Shown here one piece after another: positions 26,965-32,000 of a stretch of DNA of 32,000 bases; the first letter of the stretch is position 1, and every line of letters starts with the position of its first letter. The notes under the pieces were generated by a model, which saw nothing but the letters and a program-made list of their open reading frames with translations, was not told where the DNA came from and ran no database searches. Both the position numbers and the translations under genes were made by a program. The stretch spans positions 1,290,001 through 1,322,000 of the forward strand of contig NC_000917.1 of the NCBI RefSeq assembly GCF_000008665.1, in the 5' to 3' direction. This DNA is from Archaeoglobus fulgidus DSM 4304 (GTDB taxonomy: Archaea; Halobacteriota; Archaeoglobi; Archaeoglobales; Archaeoglobaceae).

Positions 26965-27165
26965 TTATCTGGCATCTCTGTCCTCCCTTATCATCTCGGC
27001 AATCTTTGAGCTCTTCATCTCCATCCTCAGCTTCCTCGTTTCCTCGAGCAGCCTTTTCTTCGCCTCTCTGCGAACCCTCTCTATTATTATCTTTCGTATT
27101 TCCTCCTGCCAGTTTACGTCTTTCATCTTCTCCATCATTTTTCGAATCTCCTTCGGTATCCGCAC
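26965..27165 (-). CDS. VapB-like antitoxin (apparently orphan)
   Basis: GTG start after gaggag RBS; MRIPKEIRKMMEKMKDVNWQEEIRKIIIERVRREAKKRLLEETRKLRMEMKSSKIAEMIREDRDAR; the C-terminal IREDRDxR tail is typical of archaeal VapB proteins. Confidence 0.65.
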   Translation of the reverse strand: MRIPKEIRKMMEKMKDVNWQEEIRKIIIERVRREAKKRLLEETRKLRMEMKSSKIAEMIREDRDAR

Positions 27166-27472
27166 ACGATCTCCTCAAGCTTCTGCAGAGCGAACCCGCC
27201 GAAGTCTGTCAGGACTCCTTCGAGCCTTCGGAGAGTCTTTGAGGACTTGACCTGAAAAAGTGCTCGGCAGCCTCTCTCACTTCTGAGCCTCCCGTAGAGC
27301 GTCTTCGTGCTGATGCCCGGTATTTTTGCAATTTTCACCTTCAGCAGCACTGAATGACCCTGATGTCCTTGTCCTCAGTTGGGTAGAGATCCTGATCAAA
27401 ACAGGTTAAGCTGTCAGAATTTAACAAGAGACGATAATCCGATAGTGGTATGGAGTTATACCAAATAAAGAG

Positions 27473-27544
27473 AGCCAGGGCCCGGATTCGAACCGGGGTA
27501 AAGCGGATCTGCAGTCCGCCGCATAGCCCCTCTGCCACCCTGGC
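27473..27544 (-). tRNA. tRNA-Cys (anticodon GCA)
   Basis: Minus strand GCCAGGGTGGCAGAGGGGCTATGCGGCGGACTGCAGATCCGCTTTACCCCGGTTCGAATCCGGGCCCTGGCT; full acceptor pairing, anticodon loop CTGCAGA, T-loop GGTTCGAAT; no encoded CCA. Confidence 0.96.
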
Positions 27545-27631
27545 TTGATAAGGAGTAGGTTCAAATTTGTATTTAAAGATTGCTGTTGGTGATGGTAACT
27601 ACTAAGCGGTAAAAAATTGAGCTTGGCGGAT

Positions 27632-27949
27632 TTATCTGTACATTCTCCTCTCTATGGACTCCAGCTTATCCTCCAGGTCTCTCACTTTTTCTATGAAAAG
27701 TCTCTCTATTCTTCCTTCGAGGTCGTCAGAATTTACGGCTATAGTTCTTTTCACACTTTTGAACTCGTCCATAATCCTTTGCATTCTCAGTTCTATGCTG
27801 ATCAGGAGTAAAGTTAATGATGCTATGAGCAATGTGGCAAAGAAAATCACGGTCATGTCGACACGGTCGTAAAGTGAAAGCCACCTGTACACAAGTGCCG
27901 CTGCCGAGAACACACTAATGACCGACAGCACGATGTCCCTCGCGTCCAT
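27632..27949 (-). CDS. Small membrane protein with C-terminal helical/coiled-coil region
   Basis: 105 aa; two hydrophobic segments (DIVLSVISVFSAAALVYRW; VIFFATLLIASLTLLLISIELRM) then charged helix ERLFIEKVRDLEDKLESIERRM. Confidence 0.55.
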   Translation of the reverse strand: MDARDIVLSVISVFSAAALVYRWLSLYDRVDMTVIFFATLLIASLTLLLISIELRMQRIMDEFKSVKRTIAVNSDDLEGRIERLFIEKVRDLEDKLESIERRMYR

Positions 27950-28039
27950 TGTTAGTTTATGTGTGCTGATACTATATATCTTTTTTCTAAATTTGTGGGA
28001 TTTAAGGTATGTTTTTATTTACCAGAATAAACAGGTTCT

Positions 28040-30265
28040 GTGGAGTACGTAACGCATCCGTTGATAAAGGAGAATACGATTGAAAGGAGAATGTATCAGA
28101 TATCGATAGCAGCTACCGCCCTGACCAAAAACACGCTGGTTGTGATTCCAACGGGATTGGGGAAAACCACGATTGCCGCGCTTGTTATCGCCTCAAGATT
28201 GCTGAACGAAGATGGTAAGGTGCTTTTCCTCGCACCTACCAAGCCTTTGGTTGAGCAGCATGCGAGGTTTCTGAAGAGGGTGCTCAAAGTTGAGGAAATA
28301 GTGTCTCTCAGCGGCGAAGTTCCTCCAGAAAAAAGGAAGGAGTTGTGGGAAAAGGCAAGAATTGTGGTTTCAACTCCCCAAGTTGTTGAAAATGACCTTC
28401 TCGCAGGCAGAATAAGCCTTGAGGATGTTATACTCGTTGTTTTTGACGAGGCTCACAGAGCTGTTGGAAACTACGCGTACGTTTTCATCGCCAAAGAGTA
28501 CCTCAGAACGGCCAAAAAGCCGCTAATTCTCGCAATGACAGCCTCTCCGGGAAGCGATCCGGAGAGAATAATGGAGGTAATCCAGAACCTCGGCATAGAA
28601 GCCATTGAAGTTAGAACGGAGTGGGACAGTGACGTTGCACCTTACGTTGGAAAGAAGAGGATTGAATGGATAAAGGTGGACATTCCGGAGGAGATGAAGG
28701 AAGTAAAGGAGAGGCTTAAGGAGTGCATAAAAATCAGATTCAAGAGATTGAGGGAACTCTGGATAGAGGTGCCTGAAAACTCGTCAAAGAGGGACCTTCT
28801 TGCCCTTCAGGAAGCCCTTCAGGCAGAGGCTGCGAGCAGTCAGAGTTCAGAGATTTTTGAGGCTCTGTCGATTCTGGCCGAGATAATGAAGCTCCAGCAT
28901 GCCGTTGAGCTCATAGAAACTCAGGGGGTAAAGGCGGTAAAAAGCTACCTCAGAAAGCTCGTAAGGGAGGCGACGTCGAAGGGGGGGAGTAAAGCGGCAA
29001 AGAGTATCGTTGGCGATCCAATCTTTAAAAAAGCTGTTATAGCTCTTTCGAAATGCAAGGTCGAGCATCCAAAGCTCGAAAAGCTGAAGGAAATCCTCAA
29101 AGAGCAGTTTGAGAAAAATCCCGATTCGAGGGTTATAGTGTTCACAAACTACAGAGATTCTGCAGAGATGCTTGTAAACGAGCTCTCACCACTCTTCCCC
29201 GTTGCTAAGTTCGTTGGACAGGCGAGCAGAGACAACGACAAGGGAATGAGGCAAAAGGAGCAGATAGAAACCATTGACAAGTTTAGGAGAGGGGTGTACA
29301 AGGTTCTCGTCGCAACGTCAGTGGGAGAGGAGGGGCTCGACATCCCATCTACCGACTTGGTGGTTTTCTACGAAGCGGTGCCGTCAGAAATCAGGGCAAT
29401 TCAGAGGAAAGGAAGGACGGGAAGGGGGAGAGAGGGCAGAATCGTCGTTCTGGTTACGAAGGGAACTAGGGACGAGGCCTACTACTACTCCAGCATGAAG
29501 AAGGAAAGAAAGATGTACGACAAAATACTTGAGATAAAGAGAATAATCGACAGAAAGCAGAGGAGCATTGGGGATTACGTTCTGCCAGAGGAGACTGGAA
29601 TAAAGGTCATTGTGGATTCAAGGGAGCTTAGGTCGGAAGTCGTGAAGCACCTGAGGGAGATTGGAGCGAAGATCGAAATAAGAAATCTCGAGGTCGCGGA
29701 TTACGTTGTGAGCGACAGAGTCGCGGTGGAGAGGAAAACGGTGGAGGACTTCCTGAACAGCATTATTCAGAAGGAAAGGCTCTTTTCACAGGTCGCAAGG
29801 TTAAAGTCTGCGTACAGCAGGCCGGTAATAATCATCGAGGGCGAGAACTTCTACAGGGGAGGTGTGCATCCCAATGCTGTGAGAGGGGCCATTGCATCGC
29901 TGATTATCGACTTCGGAATTCCGGTGTTGAGGAGCAGCAATGCTAGGGAAACAGCAGAGCTGATCTTCGCAATGGCGAGGAGGGAGCAGGAGGAAAGGAA
30001 GAGGGGAGTTGTGGAGCACACCGCAAAAACAAAAAGAACGCTTAAAGACGAGCAGGAATACATAGTTTCGGCAATCTCGAACGTTGGTAACGTAATAGCC
30101 AGAAATCTTCTGGATTACTTCCAGACGATAGAGAACATTGCAACGGCAGACGAGGAGGAGCTGGCGAAGGTGCCGAAGGTTGGGAAGAAAATTGCAAAGA
30201 GGATAAGGCGTGTTATGACCACACCCTACAGTGAGGCGGGTTTTTACGATAGCGAAAGCTTTTAA
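28040..30265 (+). CDS. hef: Hef-type SF2 helicase / XPF-family nuclease
   Basis: 741 aa; VVIPTGLGKTTIAALVI, DEAH (VVFDEAHRAVG), GRTGRGREG; nuclease motif VVSDRVAVERKTVEDF; C-terminal HhH VPKVGKKIAKRIRRV. Confidence 0.94.
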   Translation: MEYVTHPLIKENTIERRMYQISIAATALTKNTLVVIPTGLGKTTIAALVIASRLLNEDGKVLFLAPTKPLVEQHARFLKRVLKVEEIVSLSGEVPPEKRKELWEKARIVVSTPQVVENDLLAGRISLEDVILVVFDEAHRAVGNYAYVFIAKEYLRTAKKPLILAMTASPGSDPERIMEVIQNLGIEAIEVRTEWDSDVAPYVGKKRIEWIKVDIPEEMKEVKERLKECIKIRFKRLRELWIEVPENSSKRDLLALQEALQAEAASSQSSEIFEALSILAEIMKLQHAVELIETQGVKAVKSYLRKLVREATSKGGSKAAKSIVGDPIFKKAVIALSKCKVEHPKLEKLKEILKEQFEKNPDSRVIVFTNYRDSAEMLVNELSPLFPVAKFVGQASRDNDKGMRQKEQIETIDKFRRGVYKVLVATSVGEEGLDIPSTDLVVFYEAVPSEIRAIQRKGRTGRGREGRIVVLVTKGTRDEAYYYSSMKKERKMYDKILEIKRIIDRKQRSIGDYVLPEETGIKVIVDSRELRSEVVKHLREIGAKIEIRNLEVADYVVSDRVAVERKTVEDFLNSIIQKERLFSQVARLKSAYSRPVIIIEGENFYRGGVHPNAVRGAIASLIIDFGIPVLRSSNARETAELIFAMARREQEERKRGVVEHTAKTKRTLKDEQEYIVSAISNVGNVIARNLLDYFQTIENIATADEEELAKVPKVGKKIAKRIRRVMTTPYSEAGFYDSESF

Positions 30266-30291
30266 TTCACTTTTTGGTTAAAGCATTTCAG

Positions 30292-30364
30292 GCCACGGTA
30301 GCTCAGCAGGAAGAGCGCGTGCTTGGTAAGCACGAGGTCCCGGGTTCAAATCCCGGCCGTGGCT
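30292..30364 (+). tRNA. tRNA-Thr (anticodon GGT)
   Basis: GCCACGGTAGCTCAGCAGGAAGAGCGCGTGCTTGGTAAGCACGAGGTCCCGGGTTCAAATCCCGGCCGTGGCT folds with complete acceptor, anticodon (loop TTGGTAA) and T arms; no encoded CCA. Confidence 0.95.
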
Positions 30365-30425
30365 TGCTTTATTTTCAGTTCGCTGGATTTATCTCTCAGG
30401 CAGGATAAACCTGCTTTAAAGCCTA

Positions 30426-30698
30426 TCAAAGCCCGAACTCCTCTATGAACTCCCTTATCTTCTGATACTTCTCCAGAAACCTGAAGCCTTTATCGGTGAG
30501 GGAGTAATACCTCCTCCCGCTTTCGTCCTGAATCTCCCTGACAAGCCCTTTCTTAACCAATTCGTCCATGTAGCGGTTGAAGTTCTGCGTTGAGAGGTTT
30601 GAGAATCGCAGCAAAGGTGTAGGGAGGATGGAGTTGCCGTGCTTCCTTATGATTGAGAGAATGTCGTATATGATTTCCAGCCTGTCTCTCCTCGTCAT
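30426..30698 (-). CDS. Winged-helix DNA-binding protein (Sso10a/HTH_45-like)
   Basis: 90 aa; MTRRDRLEIIYDILSIIRKHGN...LLRFSNLSTQNFNRYMDELVKKGLVREI...YYSLTDKGFRFLEKYQKIREFIEEFGL. Confidence 0.8.
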   Translation of the reverse strand: MTRRDRLEIIYDILSIIRKHGNSILPTPLLRFSNLSTQNFNRYMDELVKKGLVREIQDESGRRYYSLTDKGFRFLEKYQKIREFIEEFGL

Positions 30699-30707
30699 TT
30701 GACCACC

Positions 30708-31391
30708 TCAGAGCTTTCTGAGCACTCTGTATGCGATTATGAGGATTACCGCAACTGAGAGAGTGTAGATGGCAAATCTGAACTCCAATGGCAGGAATCT
30801 GAAGGTCAGGGAGATGTTGAGCAGCCAGAAGACGAAAAGCAGGATGTAGAGGGGATAAGCTCTCTTCGACCTGCTCTCATGTCGGAAATGGCTGTAATTA
30901 ACGAATATCGCAGCAACAAGCAGGAAAACAAGCGCAAGCTGTGAAATCAGGAAGACGAGGGGCATCCTTGAAAGGAGCGAAGTCAGGGCGATGACCAGAG
31001 CAACTCCGTTTATCACAACCTCGCCCGGAAACCTCTCCAGCCACCTCCAGAGAAGGCTGTAAATTGTGTAAAGGATGGCAGCTGATCCTGAGTAAGCGAG
31101 AAAGGCCATGCTGAAGGCCATAATCCCCCTCAATCCTTCCAGACTGATTTCCTCAAACATTACTCCCGATGCGGAGAGCAGGAGAACAACGAATCTCAGG
31201 AAGTAGGCGAGGCCGAGGAAGAGGAAGGTGTTCGAGAAGAAATGGAATCCCCTATAGTCGGAAAGCTTGTAAACCTCCCTCAGCCTGTGGTAAATCAAAA
31301 AGCAGATTAGGAAAATTATCGAGGAGTAGAGGGCTTCAGCTGCGATGAACTCCAGCGGTGGTAGCTTGGGTGGTATCATCGGTGGTGGCAT
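30708..31391 (-). CDS. Multi-pass membrane protein, in operon with the wHTH gene
   Basis: 227 aa; about 7 hydrophobic segments; 9-nt gap to downstream wHTH ORF. Confidence 0.6.
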   Translation of the reverse strand: MPPPMIPPKLPPLEFIAAEALYSSIIFLICFLIYHRLREVYKLSDYRGFHFFSNTFLFLGLAYFLRFVVLLLSASGVMFEEISLEGLRGIMAFSMAFLAYSGSAAILYTIYSLLWRWLERFPGEVVINGVALVIALTSLLSRMPLVFLISQLALVFLLVAAIFVNYSHFRHESRSKRAYPLYILLFVFWLLNISLTFRFLPLEFRFAIYTLSVAVILIIAYRVLRKL

Positions 31392-31478
31392 GAGCCCAAT
31401 TAGACGGGGAAGTTTATAAAGAGAATGGACTTTTGATGCACATTTTCCTTTCTTCCCGCTTTTATAGCACCTCAGCGA

Positions 31479-31712
31479 TTGCGGTTAGGAGGTGATTCAG
31501 AAGTGGTCGTGGAGCAGATAAGCGGATGCATTGGTTGCGGGACATGTGTTGAAGTGTGCCCTACCGATGTTTTCCGGCTTGAAGGTGGGAGGGCAGTAAT
31601 CAAGTATCCCGAAGACTGTCAGATTTGCCACCTATGCCGGCTTTACTGTCCGGTGGATGCAATCACAATCTCGCCAGAGAAGTCACTTCCTGTAATCGTT
31701 GCGTGGGGATGA
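31479..31712 (+). CDS. 2[4Fe-4S] ferredoxin-like protein
   Basis: ISGCIGCGTCVEVCPTDVF...CQICHLCRLYCPVDAI, two CxxCxxCxxxC motifs. Confidence 0.92.
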   Translation: MRLGGDSEVVVEQISGCIGCGTCVEVCPTDVFRLEGGRAVIKYPEDCQICHLCRLYCPVDAITISPEKSLPVIVAWG

Positions 31713-31715
31713 TTT

Positions 31716-32000
31716 ATGAAAGAGCTTTTGAAAAAATACGGTTTCCTCTGGAAGAGCCTCCTGTTCGTTTTTTTTTTTTTTTGCGGTAACAATTTACTCG
31801 CTTGACGGTTTTCCAAGGCGGACTGCGTTAAAGGAGGCTATCTCCTTTATGACCGTTCTCTCCTTCACACTGATGGTCAACCAGTTTTACCTCACGAGGG
31901 GCTTTAGGCTAATCGAAGGGAAGGGAAGGATGAGCTACATCGTAAAAGCGCACAGGTTGTTCGGATACATCTCAGTCGGCTTTCTGCTATTCCATCCTCT
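31716..32000 (+). pseudogene. Membrane protein gene (possibly ferric-reductase/cytochrome-b-like) interrupted by a frameshift at a T15 tract; continues past window
   Basis: Frame 0: MKELLKKYGFLWKSLLFVFFFFCGNNLLA* (31716-31805). With T14, the frame continues as ...FVFFFFAVTIYSLDGFPRRTALKEAISFMTVLSFTLMVNQFYLTRGFRLIEGKGRMSYIVKAHRLFGYISVGFLLFHP to the window edge. Confidence 0.7.
31768..31782 (+). repeat. 15-nt poly-T homopolymer inside the 5' coding part of the membrane protein gene
   Basis: ctgttcg-ttttttttttttttt-gcggtaac counted directly. Confidence 0.92.

Noticed and set aside
26897-27178. 93-aa and 112-aa ORFs on either strand over the VapB-like gene
   Set aside because: Composition (polar repeats NDGEDERR..., Ser/Leu-rich) looks like out-of-frame reading of the antitoxin; the 66-aa frame has a recognisable C-terminal motif and an RBS.
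24720-27544. Integrated element using tRNA-Cys as attachment site
   Set aside because: No integrase and no second copy of the tRNA 3' end was seen at the other boundary; the stretch is only suspicious by gene density and content.
1-32000. CRISPR array or cas genes
   Set aside because: No regularly spaced 24-37-bp direct repeats and no Cas-like proteins found in the window.

Overview
The window looks like a dense euryarchaeal chromosome segment. Gene content and protein sequences resemble the Archaeoglobus fulgidus region around the thermosome beta, MetRS and FBP aldolase/phosphatase genes; that assignment is from memory, with no database search. Supported content includes an HTH_10 regulator; ribosomal protein L40e (absent from the ORF track); a Mut7-C protein; an HD hydrolase; a DUF99 protein; RtcA; an iron-sulfur flavoprotein; a HAD protein; a YkgJ-like Cys-cluster protein; an asparagine-synthetase-like protein; GatE with a coupled ThiF-like gene; FBP aldolase/phosphatase; a KaiC-like ATPase; and a VWA + AAA+ pair. 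It also includes an apparent modification-recognition (EVE/PUA-like) + PD-(D/E)XK nuclease with a coupled small partner; an Lrp-like regulator followed by a glycyl radical enzyme and its activase; thermosome; a PAS histidine kinase; MetRS; Hef helicase/nuclease; tRNA-Cys(GCA) and tRNA-Thr(GGT); and a ferredoxin beside a membrane protein. The most interesting signals are three. (1) The 12.8-15.6 kb locus: a PrkA/Mg-chelatase-like AAA+ protein and VWA partner, divergent from an EVE-like/NucS-like nuclease and an 81-aa partner, a candidate modification-dependent defence locus. (2) A 15-T homopolymer at 31768-31782 that breaks the frame of a membrane protein gene, a candidate phase-variable or slippage site. 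(3) The less ordered 24.7-27.5 kb stretch, with a membrane-anchored AN1 zinc-finger protein, a Lys-rich-tailed membrane protein and an apparently orphan VapB-like antitoxin beside tRNA-Cys.
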